Source: Eledone cirrhosa
Lineage: Eukaryota
Assembly (NCBI GenBank): GCA_964016885.1
Contig: OZ024740.1
Coordinates: 190,774,001-190,838,000, forward strand
Direction of reading: 5' to 3'
DNA length: 64,000 nt
Shown here: positions 1 to 13,526 of the stretch, piece after piece
Layout: the number at the start of each line of letters is the position of its first letter
Numbering within the stretch: position 1 is the stretch's first letter
The notes under the pieces: generated by a model
Seen by the model: only the letters and a program-made list of their open reading frames with translations
Databases searched by the model: none
What the model was told of the DNA's origin: nothing
Made by a program: the position numbers and the translations under genes

Positions 1-185
1 ACGTGGCACTCAGTTTAAATGAACAGCATGAATTATTCTTTCACATTCTTTCTGTCCCATGCGTCTCCATCTCTCTCGATATTTGTCACAACCTCGTCTA
101 AACAATCCACTTTTATTTTAAATTATGCAATTATGATGATTGATAGAGATATTCACATATGAATATTACACGAACAAACACATCC

Positions 186-316
<131 letters not shown>

Positions 317-788
317 TTCATCCATATAAGAGAGAGTGAGTAAGGAATAAGGGTAGTGTGAGTGACTGGTATTTTATATTTATTGGTAATGTCATATTTC
401 TCTTATTATCGGATAGAAGTTTCTTGATAGATATAGCTTTATTTCACCATACATACATCTACGTGTATATATTTTATCATTTTCCTTGTAATGATATCCA
501 AAATCATTTATGAAGTTGTTATAAATTCCTAATAAATCCCTCTATATTTAAGAGTGGCGCTTCTGTTCATGAATGGACATTATAACTGTACGTATATGTA
601 ATGTGCTATTTCTCTTTTACTGCTGAAGAGATGGCATAGGCCTGCCTCACAGTGAAGGTTGTTTCACCGCTGTTCTCGCTTCTATTTTTCTTACGATTTA
701 TTGGTGAAAATTACTTTAAAGCAAAATGGCAAAATTGAAACATAAATGACAGATGTTATGTATACATATAAATCTTATATAACTATTG

Positions 789-789
<1 letters not shown>

Positions 790-869
<80 letters not shown>

Positions 870-960
870 CATATATGTATATACAGTATATATATATATG
901 CATATTTATGTGTGCGTGTGTGTGTATGTGTGTGTATGTGTGTGTGTGTATGTGTGTGTG
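790..960. repeat. (TA)n/(TG)n compound microsatellite
   Basis: Seen directly. Confidence 0.95.
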
Positions 961-1849
961 CATGCGATATGATGGACAGAATTATGAAAACAGAGAGGTG
1001 GAGCTAACGTGCATAATAACGTAACAAATGATCAGGGTGTCAGAGAGAATTGTTTGCATTACTTTGCCCGGCTATATGTGCTCCGTGTTCACATTAAATA
1101 TACATTAATAAGTAACTACTTGTATATCATAAATATCCGTGTTTCATTCTATTTAAATGGATCTGCCTAAAGTGATTTCAACGTAAACGGAAATTATTAC
1201 TTTCAAACCACTGATGTAAAGAACAAACCAAGGGAAACTTGCATACAATCTAACTTTGAGAAACAAAGTTAAAAAGACCCTCACACGCCATTAATAAACA
1301 TATTCTTGTTGGTATGTATTACGTCTTAATATGGTTTCATATCAAGTAGCTTATATGGGATATGTTATAAAGACAACTTTGGTTGTCATGGCAGTATAAT
1401 TTAAATTGCCCCTTATGTAGTTCAAGGATGGCAATTTCGGTTGGAAATGTTTATAGATGTAAATATGTGTTATTTTACGTAATGCAAATAGCCTAGTCAT
1501 CGATACATATATACATACATAATGGCTGAAAATTTCTGCTAAGAGTATTGCAATGGCTTGTCAGATTACAAAAACTTGTGTACTTTTAGGCTACGTCCAG
1601 GCACACGAGCCTGCAATATAACCTGAGCAAGCAATACCTTTGGATTGAAGCTATTTTAAAGTGGGGAAAGGCCTTGTACACCACCAATCCCACTCTGTCA
1701 TCATCAAAATCACTACCCGAAAAGTAGAACGGGGCAACATTATCGGATGCTTCCGTATTCGCCTTATTTTTGAGAATTTCCCTCTCTTAGAAAGGTGTTG
1801 TGACAACAACTGAGGGCCTTTTTCTCCCCACCCCAAAGTACTATTTGGT

Positions 1850-2019
1850 TGGCCGTTGACTCTGCTGAGTTCCTCCGCCCTTTGCCGGTTCTTGTATTTC
1901 ATACTGCAGGGTGTCCAAATATCACCCTTCTCACGTGCAAGGTTGTTTGTTTTGCCGGTCTAGTCGCCGACTACCCGACCATAAGACAGGTTGTACTGGA
2001 TTGTGAGCGACCTGACATA
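1850..2019 (-). mobile_element. Dispersed repeat fragment, probably the 5' end of an RTE-like LINE
   Basis: Reverse complement (tatgtcaggtc...ccagtacaacctgtcttatggtcggg...ttggacaccctgcag...aaagggc...agagtcaacggcc) aligns by eye with 54667-54856; family assignment is an inference. Confidence 0.5.
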
Positions 2020-3326
2020 ATACATACATATATAATTATATGTTATATTTCTAATTCTTTTGTGAGTATGAACATCTGTGACCTTGATCCTTACTCACAA
2101 ATTTGAGGTTTCATCTCAACCATGCTTGTTGATAAACATTTAATCAGATTTGCAATAGCTCTTCTGACTAATGGTATAAAAAATGATATATATTTACTAA
2201 TCCTCTATGAGCATAAATCTTATTATTAACATTGATTTGAAATGAAATTGGCATGTAAACTGCATCTGCATCTGCAGGAACTATACTACTTCAGTCTGTA
2301 AGTGAAGATAAAAGTCACCGCGAATGAATCAAAACTAACATTACAAACATTACTGTTTGAGACACAAAAATCGATTTCCAATTTAAAAGAAAGCCAGACG
2401 TAATATTTAATAATAAAATGTTAGCATTTTCAATAAACAGATACGAAATAAAATCAAATAATTTAGTTACATCAATATTTGAAGATTTCTAGAGCGCTGA
2501 AATCGACTGTTTCTTCTCGTCACTACATTTCAATCTAGCAAACAATAATAAATATTAAACAAACAATAATGCAAATTTGGATCTGTAATGGAGAAAAGAT
2601 AAAAGGGGATATAATGATAATAACATAGATCTAACGAGAAAATCGAAATTTGATTCCAAGTCATATAGATTTAAAGAAGGAGTGAGCAAAACAATAGATT
2701 TTAATAACTATCTTTAAAATAATTTGAAATATATGAAAAATGGAAAATGGAACGCTAATGAAACTAAATAATTAAGAAAGAAACAAAACAATTTCTTTTA
2801 AACTAATAATCAGACAACATGAAAAAACGAACTCTCTGACCTGATGAATAATAATAGGCAGTGCTCATATAAAAAAAAGTACATAGTTATGGACGTGCAT
2901 GTATAACAGGGTTTCGGACTGTTAATTAGTGTTATCTTTCAACAATAAAAAAAAAAATCAAGAGATTAAGTCGCAATGTGCATCAAATACATTCCATTGG
3001 AAGACTGTCAGCTGCTGCGTGGGTATTTTCTAAAAGAAATAAACTGAATGAGGATATTTCTAATGTTTTCATGTTTATCGTATTATCAGAATGTTCACTT
3101 TGAATGTGCTTTCAATATATCGCTGTATTAACGTATGGTTGTATTTTATTGATTTCAAAAGGCAGGTAAAGATGTTAATAAGGAAGTACATTTCTCCTTT
3201 AGCATGGTCATATATTCATATGCTTGACCACTGGAAAACTGTCAAGATATGACTTAGATTTTGCGTTTTTAAATAAATCTGTTTTACTGGCACCATCAGG
3301 AATTAATATTGCCTGCATTAATATGG

Positions 3327-3367
3327 ATATATATATATATATATATACATAGATACATGCATACAGA

Positions 3368-3434
<67 letters not shown>

Positions 3435-3442
3435 GCGCACAC

Positions 3443-3492
<50 letters not shown>

Positions 3493-3558
3493 ACACACAC
3501 ACACACACATACACGCACACATACACCCCCCAAACGCACATATATATATATATATATA
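3327..3558. repeat. (TA)n/(CA)n microsatellite
   Basis: Seen directly. Confidence 0.95.
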
Positions 3559-3769
3559 AATTTGAAATAGTCCTCGTTGATTCCTGACACTTCAGTATTG
3601 ACGTTAGAGCACTCAGCGAGGTGCGCAAGTGGGTCTATTTACTCAGTGGCAATTTAAAAAAAACAAAGAGGTGTAACTCAACAACATCTCGCTTTCGAAA
3701 TGGGCTTGTCAATGAATCAATAAGGTAAGCTCTGGTCCACCATTATGTATTCCTGTTTTTTCTGCTCCT

Positions 3770-3850
3770 GTTCTAGCTCCCTGATGAGGTCCTAACTGTT
3801 GAATAATGTTTATAACCGAAATATATGTTATAGCGAATATGAATAAACAA
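3770..3850 (+). ncRNA. Degenerate hammerhead-ribozyme-like motif (Penelope pLTR remnant)
   Basis: CTGATGA (3781-3787) + ggt...acc stem II + GAAA (3818-3821), then AATAAA (3842-3847) and (TA)n; stem I and cleavage triplet are decayed. Confidence 0.45.
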
Positions 3851-3877
3851 GTTAATTTTAACCTGTTGACTTATACT

Positions 3878-4380
<503 letters not shown>

Positions 4381-5224
4381 TAGGATTCCCAATCATACAT
4401 ATGATGTGACCAGAGACACCTCTTTAAAACAAAGAAACGAATTATTCGGAATATAGTTCACAATCCTAATTACAAACAACATACATAACATAGTTTCCCC
4501 TAATGATAAACATGTATATAATTATCTTATTTTCCAGATTAATATCCTTCGTTGCCGTAGCACCTAAATATGAACTACAAGTAATATATAGGCACTTACC
4601 ATATAATTGATTTACTTACAGTAAACCAAAGGTGATTTCAATAAATGGGTTGGAATATTAACTTGCAGCATAACTATATATGATAGATGACACTTATTAT
4701 CATTCCATCTTCATAGACTTAAAATGAAAATAAGGCATTAATTCTTACATTCTCATATTTTGCTCTCCGTTGGCCTGATGTTCTGGAAACATTACAATGA
4801 TTTCTATACAATCTCGAAGGTGTAAACTATGAAAATAGATCGATGTGTTTAGATAAATTTCCGTACCGAAGAAATACATGCGAATGGCAATTGATTCAAG
4901 TGCTATCACTATAAAAATACTATATATTTTCGAAGTATAATTACATATATACAACAGAGGAAGAAGAAGAACTGCATGTACTACGTAATATAAATAATCT
5001 CGTTATGTTGGCTGTCGTGTATTGAGAAAACAATATAGATAATACATTTAAATCATATTAGAATGTGTTCATTTACATACAAAAAAAAATTGCCCACACC
5101 TTCCCTTCCAAAACTCATCAGATGTAATACAAAATTTGGTTTACAGATAGTGACATATTCAGACAAGAACACAATGTTGTGAGTTATATTTGAATAGTGA
5201 AGAAAAACTAAATATCTCATTGCT

Positions 5225-5263
<39 letters not shown>

Positions 5264-6177
5264 ATTTAATACATTAACAGAGAAAGCATTTAGCGATAGT
5301 CTGACCAACTCCAACTCACTCAACAAACATTTTGATATACCTGAGTATAATCCCAATCATGTGTTTGGGGTGCTAACTATATAGTATTCCGTGGATAGTT
5401 GGTTGTATTATTTTATATGATACATAATTAAATAAATATCTCTTTCTTTCCATACGATCGTTTCGTTATAAGATTTCCACAAGGTGGGAAAATAATGTCC
5501 AAGTTATGTATATAATGCATAGATATATACTATATATCTATATATATAATCATATTTGTTGGATTATACGTGTTTCAGAGACAGCAATGAGGAATAGTAT
5601 GTAATCATTACAACACAAACTGACACCGTTATGATATCATCAGATGTTTACCACAGTAACGTGAGTGGATTGATACGTCGCAGGCAAACGCCTCTTTGCG
5701 AAGGTCCAGTGCACATATGACTCGCCACTGCTCTTATCTTCATTCAGCTTCCTTTTGGCATCTATTTCTTATTAATGGATTCTATACACTCTAGAATATT
5801 GTTGTTAAACAGTGTGCATCTATGTATTTTTATAAGAACACATACTGTATGTATTTATATATATAACCATACTTATTTATAAACAACTCAATGCTTTGAA
5901 ATTCTTCTCCACAAGCTCATAAAATTATCTTCCTTTCTTCCCATTCTTTGGAGCCAGCACACCCTTCTCTCATCTCCCCCCTCTAATACATTACTTACCA
6001 TCCCCTTAACAAATGACACCCAACAATACCATCCCCAACATTTTGGAAATCTATAAGTATAAACAAATATCTGTCACTCGGTATTACTGACGATTTCATC
6101 CGGAATAATATTCTAGTCCTACAGAATTCATTGGTTTATTAACAATATATATATATATACACCAATACACTATACGC

Positions 6178-6179
<2 letters not shown>

Positions 6180-6258
<79 letters not shown>
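6180..6258. repeat. (TA)n microsatellite
   Basis: Seen directly. Confidence 0.95.
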
Positions 6259-6262
<4 letters not shown>

Positions 6263-7140
6263 GTGCATTGGTATATTCTCGAATTACAAATATTATCGAA
6301 TATAGATAAATCGGGATACTTGTTTTATATTTTACTTAGTTACTCTAAAGTTGAAATTCATTTTTACTGAAACTATGAGTAACTGGCTAACCTATCACAA
6401 CTCAGGACAATTGAAATGAAATTGTTCACCAGAATATTAATAGCTCTTTAATTAATAAATCCATATGTTATGAACGCATTACTGCAGCTAAAAATCTTTC
6501 CGACCAATATTTTATTATTAAGAAATATGAAATATAATATATTTTAATATAAAAAGCTATTCCAATTTTAGATCGGACAATTCCATATTATTTTTGCCTC
6601 TCCTGTTGCCGATTATGTATCTTCCTGAACGAAAGATATATTGATTTTCTTCTAATAGTCAACACCAAAATAGTAACGAAATCATTTCTTCCTTTTTATA
6701 AGACATCGCATGTGTTCTCACATTGGATTCTGCTTCATTGTATTGTTTAAATTTATTTAATAATTTCCAAATATAAGAAAAAGCTGAGCATATCAATGGG
6801 CATCATATACGTCAGAGGAAACAACTGATAGTCTTAGAGTTCTTGTACTTATATATTTTGAGAGAACAACGCAACAATTTTGATATGTATTTAAGAAAAC
6901 CTTCTTGGTTAACACTGTGAGATTTCAGGCAAGGGAATTAGGAATGTTCAGATAGATACCTTTGATTTGAATTACACTGAAATAATTAATAAGAATGTTA
7001 TACTATTTTGAATCCACCCTAAAATTCACCATGCTGGGTGTTCTGCAAACTGGTAAATACTAAGTAAATTGTAAAAAGAACCTACGAAAAATTTTAAACC
7101 TTTTAAAAATAATTTCCTCTCCTTCTGCACAGGAAATAAT

Positions 7141-7302
7141 TGTTTCTACTTTTGGCACAAGGCCATAAATTATCCCAGCGCATTACTGGTGCTTTATTTT
7201 ATAGACCCGGAGAGGATGAGGCAAAGTTAACCTCAACAGGATTTGTACTCACAATGTAAAGGGCAGTAACTCTATGGTGCTAAGCATGGCGTCTGACCAT
7301 CT
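7141..7302 (-). mobile_element. tRNA-derived SINE (Nin/Deu-like central domain), 5'-truncated
   Basis: Homologous to the copy at 25048-25228; flanked by ggaaataat repeats (7132-7140, 7305-7313). Confidence 0.85.
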
Positions 7303-7313
7303 ATGGAAATAAT

Positions 7314-7491
7314 TGTTTCTACGTTAGGCACAAGACCAGCAATAACCCAGAGTATTACTGGTACTTTATTTTATCGACCCCGTAAGGATGAAAGGCAGTT
7401 AACCTCGGCGGGATTTGAACTCAGAAAGCAAGGGCTGTAGCTCTATGTGTCAAAGCATGGCGTCCGACCCTCTACCAATACTGCCAATCCA
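7314..7491 (-). mobile_element. tRNA-derived SINE (Nin/Deu-like domain), full length
   Basis: A-box-like tggcagtattggt and B-box gagttcaaatcc on the minus strand; 11-bp TSD atggaaataat at 7303-7313 and 7492-7502. Confidence 0.9.
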
Positions 7492-7825
7492 ATGGAAATA
7501 ATGTTTCAAATTCTTGAACAAAAAACAATATATTCTCTGCGTTTTACTTGCAAGTGGTCGTTCACTATACACATATAGAAATAATTATGTCTACTCATTT
7601 TATCGTAGCGTTTATAATACAAAGTATCCATTAAATAATGCAATGTTGGGTATACACAACGACAATAAAAATATATATGAATCTCATTTAAACATTTGTC
7701 CGTCATGCCATACAATGTATTTGGGATAATTATATCATAAGGTAGGAGCAATATATAACAGTCGATATGCCCAACCAAAATAGGTATTCTGACTTAATAT
7801 AATGCGTGTTTCCAGTGCGAATAAA

Positions 7826-7875
7826 GTGATGCTGGTGATGATGACGATAACGATACTGATTATAATGATAAAAAC

Positions 7876-7908
<33 letters not shown>

Positions 7909-8132
7909 AATGATAACTTTTAAAATGAATTGTGACGAAGAAAATATTGATAATGATTTTAATGATAATGTTGATGACGATGAAGATGATGATAATGATG
8001 ATGATGATGATGATGATCAGGATGATGAAATTATTGATAATGATGACAATGATGATGATCATGATAATGATGATGATGGTGCTAATGATAATGATTATGA
8101 TGATGATAACGATTATTAGTATTATTATTATT
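7826..8132. repeat. Degenerate (GAT)n trinucleotide repeat grading into (ATT)n
   Basis: Seen directly; forms the left edge of the retrotransposon array. Confidence 0.9.
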
Positions 8133-11100
8133 GAACTTGCCAGCCAAGCAGAGGTCGAAGCTGTTTTGTTATGCATCGGAAGTGACATAGAGTATAAAGC
8201 AAGGGCCAAACCGTTTGGTACCATCTCGGTACTGTTCAACACCGAGGCCCTTCTTATTAAGCACTCGATGTCCCCCTGCAGAACGGAACGCATTATCAAT
8301 TACCCGTCCTACATGGGGAAAAGGACAGTAAAGGTCCGCATTCCCAGCATCCAACCAGCAATGTACATATGGTGGCTCCTGGGATGCGTAATCTAGGAGG
8401 TGATAGACACTACCCTCCTGGATATCAAAAGGACAGTGAGAGAGGACTGGTCTGGAATGGATTTGGAGATTATTCTCCAAATGAAACTAGAGGACAAGAA
8501 CAACATCTCGGATTTTGCCCGCCTGCCGGACGGGACAACAATCCAACTAATCACTGAGGGAGAAAGCCGCAGTGCTTCGTCTGCGGGGAAGCAACGCATC
8601 TGCAAGCCTTCTGCCCTCAGCGCAAACATGCAGGGGGTCGCAAACCTCCTTTGTTGCCAACGCCAGTGTCAGCACCGAAAGCTCCACCTCCACCAGAAAA
8701 CAACAACACCAGCAAAGACACATATACCAACACCAAAAAAAGCTGGACCACCACCAACACCGAACCAATCAAAGGGGATAACAAGGAAAGTTATCCCACT
8801 TCCACTACCCCTCCAATTATACACATAGACAAAACAATAAACGAACACACAGAAACAGAGACACCCACAACCACAGACCCTTTGTCTTCCAGCAGCAAAT
8901 ATGAAGGAAAACTCCAAAGTGTAAAAAAACAGAGAAAACTCACCAAAAAAGCTCCAACAAAATAGAAATACATACACAACAAAAAATACAGACACCACTA
9001 ATGCAAACACTTCCCCCAATAATATCAGCACCAACAGCACCATCGACACCACCCTCACGATCTCCGAAACCCAAACAAACTAAACAAACACAAGAACAAA
9101 TAAACGCACAAATAAATGAAATTGCAGACACCACACCTAGAACAATCACAGACATACCCGAAAAAACACCACCAAAACCATCACCACCACAGTCACCAAA
9201 ACGAAAACAAATAAAACCACACCAACAAAATGTTAAAAAGTTGGTGCGCGTCAGAAAGGCCAACGATAAACTGAAGGCGCTCTTAGCACGAAGTGCGGAC
9301 ATTCAGCCAGAGAGGGAGATCTTTGAAATTAGTACGTTTTGCGTGCCAGTAGATTTGCTTCTGGTCCGAATGTCACTCGATTCCTTTAAAGAAATTCGGT
9401 AGAGCTTTCCTCAAGACGGGGGGACCCCGATGTGAAACCCACATCGAGTCTTTTAAAGAAACTCGACAAACGATGGAGGTCGGTCCACCCGACCTTCACA
9501 AGACCCGGGGAGGTAAGTAAACCTTCCCTCTCTCTTTTAGCTTGCCAACATGGCCATATTAAGAGTAGGAAGTTTAATATTTCGCGGCCTGGAGTCACCC
9601 TTGAAGCAGGGTCGCCTGTTCAACGACCTCAGGTCGCTGGAAATGGATGTGATTGCCGTCAGCGAGACCAGAATTTCCGACATGCACGCACTAGCCCCCA
9701 TTTTCGACGATTATCAGATCTTCGCATCTGTTAGCATGCCGGGAATAGGAGGTGGGCTGGCAGTGCTGTTTAGGAAAGGACAGGATCTCGAGGTAAGGTC
9801 GATCTTCCGGGATGAGGACAGTAAGTTGATGGTCTTAGATGTGAACATGGGCGAAGGTGGTGCCTTTAGACTGCTGGCCGTCTACGCCCCTACAGGGCCC
9901 GGACGACCGGACATCTTTAGGCGCCTGGAAACCTTTCTGGGTACGTCTCGCCCTTTACCGTTAGCGGGGGACTGGAACGGTCTCTTAGACGCACACTGGG
10001 ATTGTGTGGGAGTAGCTGATAGGAGCGGGAGGTGCAAAAGCCTCAAGCACCTAATCAGCCACTTCCAATGTCTGACAGGTATCGACTTGATTTCCCCAAT
10101 GCGCCAGTATGAACATGAACCAACCGCATGGGATCATCTAGATCATATAAAGAGAGGATCTTCATTAGGAAAATAGATAGAAATAGTGTAGGTCGCCCAC
10201 TTTTTAAAACGGTCGCCTATTCAGATCACAAATTTGTGATCTGTATGGTCGACCTAGATAAAAAGCTCAGGTTGGAACCGGGTTACTGGAAGCTGAACAT
10301 GTCATTCCCGGCAAGTAAGGCTTAGAGGGACCGAGTCAACAATTTAGTTAAGCAAAAGTTGACAGGGGGATCATCAACAACTAATGGTGGGGGGCTCTCA
10401 AAAGAGAGATTAGAGTAACTTCGATAGAGTTCAGCAAAGAACTAACGTTAGAGAGAAATAGAAAGGAGCGGGAGCTGGTAGATAAGTTAAACGAAGCTAT
10501 TTGTAATGGCATTGCAACTGACGCGCTAGCAGCGAGAATGGCATTATACCATTTCTTCAATGCCAAACACGAAGGTTGCATTGTCAGAGCTAAGGCGCGT
10601 GCGCTGAGAAACAAGGGAACCAAATCTGTTCCATGAGCCGCGTGGCGGAAGCGCTGCGTGGTAATAAAACTACAATTCGGTCTTTGGCGGACCGAGACGG
10701 ACACGAGATAAGCGATTCCAGCAGATGTGTGAGGGCTTTCGCCAGCACTTTGCTCGGTTGTTCGGAAAGAGTGGCGAGTCAGAGAGAATAGCGGATTTCA
10801 GTCCCTACCTAGACGTCTTGCCACGCATCTCGACGGTCGACAATGAGCGCTGCGAAAGGCTGATTACTACAGCCTAAATTCAGGACGCCCTTGTCGGCTA
10901 CATGAAGCGCAAGTTTGAATGACTTGCCCTACGATCTTTACGAAAATATACCCGACTTGTTCTCCGATCTCCTCGAAGCACTCTACTGCAACTGGCAGCA
11001 GAATGGGAGTATTCCCAGCTCTGTGAGCTGGGGAGTGGTGACGCTGATAAGGAAAGACGAGAACAGGAGGGATACATTAGACAATTTCAGGCCCATAACT

Positions 11101-13244
11101 CTGCTCAACACAGATTTTAAAATTTTGGCCAAGGTGTTAGCAAAGAGAATGACGCTTGTCGTGGAGGATTTGGTTGGGGAGGCGCAAACTTGCGCAATCC
11201 CAGCCAGGTCCATACACGACAATCTCCACCTCATGCGATACATCATAGAGAGTGTGGGGGTGTAAACCTGGCTTCGGTGGGACACTGATCAATTTAGATC
11301 AATCGAAAGCATTCGATTGGGTCGACCATCGATATCTGCAATTTGTCCTCAAAGTGGCTGGTTTCGGCGATATCTTCAGAAGCTGGATTGCTGCAATGCA
11401 CAGCGGCACACGCTCGGTGGTCAAGGTTAATGGCCACCTATCAGAACCATTTCGGCTCTCCCGATCGGTCTGTCAAGGGTGCCCTCGCTCTTCCTTTCTG
11501 TACGTATTGACACTAGAGCATTCACTGTGGAAGCTGGAGCTGTTGCAGGGTATCCCGCTCGAACTGGGACGTGGAAAGGAGATGTCGGCTTCGCGAACGA
11601 CATCACCGTGATGGTGTCGGACACCTCAGAGATCGAGGTGGTCGGCACCTTATTGAAGGAATATGAAAGGTTGGCAGGAGCCAAACTTAACCCGGAAAAG
11701 TAGGTGGGCTTGCAGCTCGGAACCTGGAGAGGCAAGCCTATGCCGTCCAACAGCGTCGTGGGCCGTTGGACGGCTGGACCGGTAAAGTTACTCGGTTTTT
11801 GGTACGGACGAGACCTCCAGGTGGAAAAGCTTTGGGACGGAGTAACGATCAGAGTAGCCAGTCTCACCCAAAAATGGGCTGGGAGAAATCTATCACTGAA
11901 ATGTCACGCGGAGGTGGCGAATACGTACATCGCGTCCGTCATCTACAACAGCCTACAACCGTCGTGCCTTGCCCACGTCTGCGCCTCGTCAAGAAAGAAC
12001 GGCTCCTCTTCAAATTCTTGTGGAGAGGACAAGTTCCGTTGGATTAGGCGGTCCATTTGCTGCCAGCACCCTCTACGCGGAGGGCTGGGCATGCCGTGGC
12101 TAATGATGCGCAGTCATGCGCTGAGGCTGCGACATCTCCAGATATCCTGCCTAAACGATGATCAGATGTGGTCACCGTTTATCACACGGACCTTTCCGCA
12201 GCTCGTTTCTTTGACTGAGCTGCAGTCCTCGGTCAAAAAGCAACCGAAACTGGGTGACTGGCACCAGGAATGTTGCCAGGCACACACTGCCCTCTACAAA
12301 GCGGGCAATGCGACCAGTGCGACTTCCACTCTCGAGTTCTATAGAAGATTAGTGGTGGGGAAGTGCGATGACGCACTTGGAGAATCTTTGGGCCTCGAAG
12401 AAGTCGCACTGACCAGTCTGTACCGGAGGACTTTCGAGCCGGGGGCGATGGACAATTTCCAGAAATCCCCCTATTGGCAGTGCTACCGGAGGGGGGGGGG
12501 GGGGGGCACGCCGGTTCGGGATAAACTCTACAGGCACGGAAGTGCTGTCAGACGGACCTGCCTAAGATGCGCACAAAACCGTTCTGCACGCACTTGTCCA
12601 ATGTCCGTGCATTACTGATTTGTGGAGTTATGTCGAACTGTACTGTCACGCGTGGAACGAATCCGGCTATCGGCCGAGTCCATAGTGAAGATCGAACCGC
12701 CGCCTGCCTTAGGTGAGGAAGAGCAGGAAATGTTCCTCTGTCTGGTGGCCGTTGCGAAAGAGGTTAAATGGTGGACCAGATTAAAACGACTGAAGACAGA
12801 CACTTTTCTCTTCGGCCAATCCCTCATCAACTTCTTCAAGTTTCACCTAGAAGGAAGGTGAGGGTGGTGAGAGAAGTGCTGCCACCCAGTACATTTGCTA
12901 AAAGCTGTATGAATGTGGCGAGAAAGGCCCGTATGGATGGCCTACTCGGACCATGCGCCTATAGGCTAGCTAACTTGAAGAGAGGGGTGCTCTCCTTGGG
13001 TGCCCTAGAAGGGCAGTTTGGTTCAGGATTGGTGGGGTACCTGATTCACCCCATGGTCGTCCACCCCCTATCGGGGAATTTATTTTGTTATGTTTATGCA
13101 TAGTTTATTTCATATATGTTATATCTTCATTGTTAAATTAGTCTTGCCATTGTGCACTTTTACTCGAATTTATTGTAAATCCCCACTGTCCCTGTCTTTG
13201 TAATGTCTCCTACATGTCGGCCCTTGTGGCTAATAAATGAAATC
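8133..13244 (+). mobile_element. Tx1-group (L1 clade) LINE copy T1, subfamily A, 5'-truncated and degenerate
   Basis: ORF1 remnant with frameshifted CCHC knuckle (CFVCGEATHLQAFC); ORF2 with APE (AVSETR, VYAP, GDWN, SDH), RT (FRPITLLNTDFKILAK, DQSKAFD, QGCP) and C-terminal zinc finger; AATAAA at 13232 then (ATT)n. Confidence 0.92.
9550..12964 (+). pseudogene. T1 ORF2 (APE endonuclease-reverse transcriptase), multiple frameshifts and stops
   Basis: ORF fragments 9550-10176, 10128-10325, 10915-11265, 11252-11611, 11704-12618 and 12622-12861 tile the EN-RT-ZnF order. Confidence 0.9.
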
Positions 13245-13526
13245 ATTATTATTATTAATAATAATGTTATTATTATTAATATTGTTATTACTATTATTAT
13301 TATTATTATTGAATGCTAAAGTTGACGGAGGCTCGGCTCTGTAAGGTACTGTAAATTTTGAACGCTTTAACAATTGTAAATTGTTTAAAACTTAGACCAA
13401 CTTGTAGACAAAAACACCCTCCTCCTCGTGAGAGGGGTCTTTCTGCCCGTTAATTGGCCCTTCGGGGTTAAATAACTGCTTATTGGGGTGTTGTACCCAA
13501 TATTTATTTTAAACAAAAAAAACAAC

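Noticed and set aside
7730-8299. Poly-D/M/I/H ORFs
   Set aside because: Reading frames of the (GAT)n repeat
9513-9540. GTAAGT...TTTTAG as a mini-intron fusing ORF1 and ORF2
   Set aside because: Only 28 nt, and the AG is not conserved in T2, T4 or T5
12490-12506. Poly-G runs (also 44097-44113 and 46497-46508) as programmed frameshift or G4 signals
   Set aside because: Length varies and the run is absent in T3 and T4; homopolymer slippage or sequencing error is the simpler explanation
13311-13365. Spliced-leader RNA (30-nt leader, GT donor, AATTTTGA Sm-like site)
   Set aside because: The Sm-like motif is absent from the T4 and T5 5' ends, the leaders are unrelated, and the motif is common in AT-rich DNA
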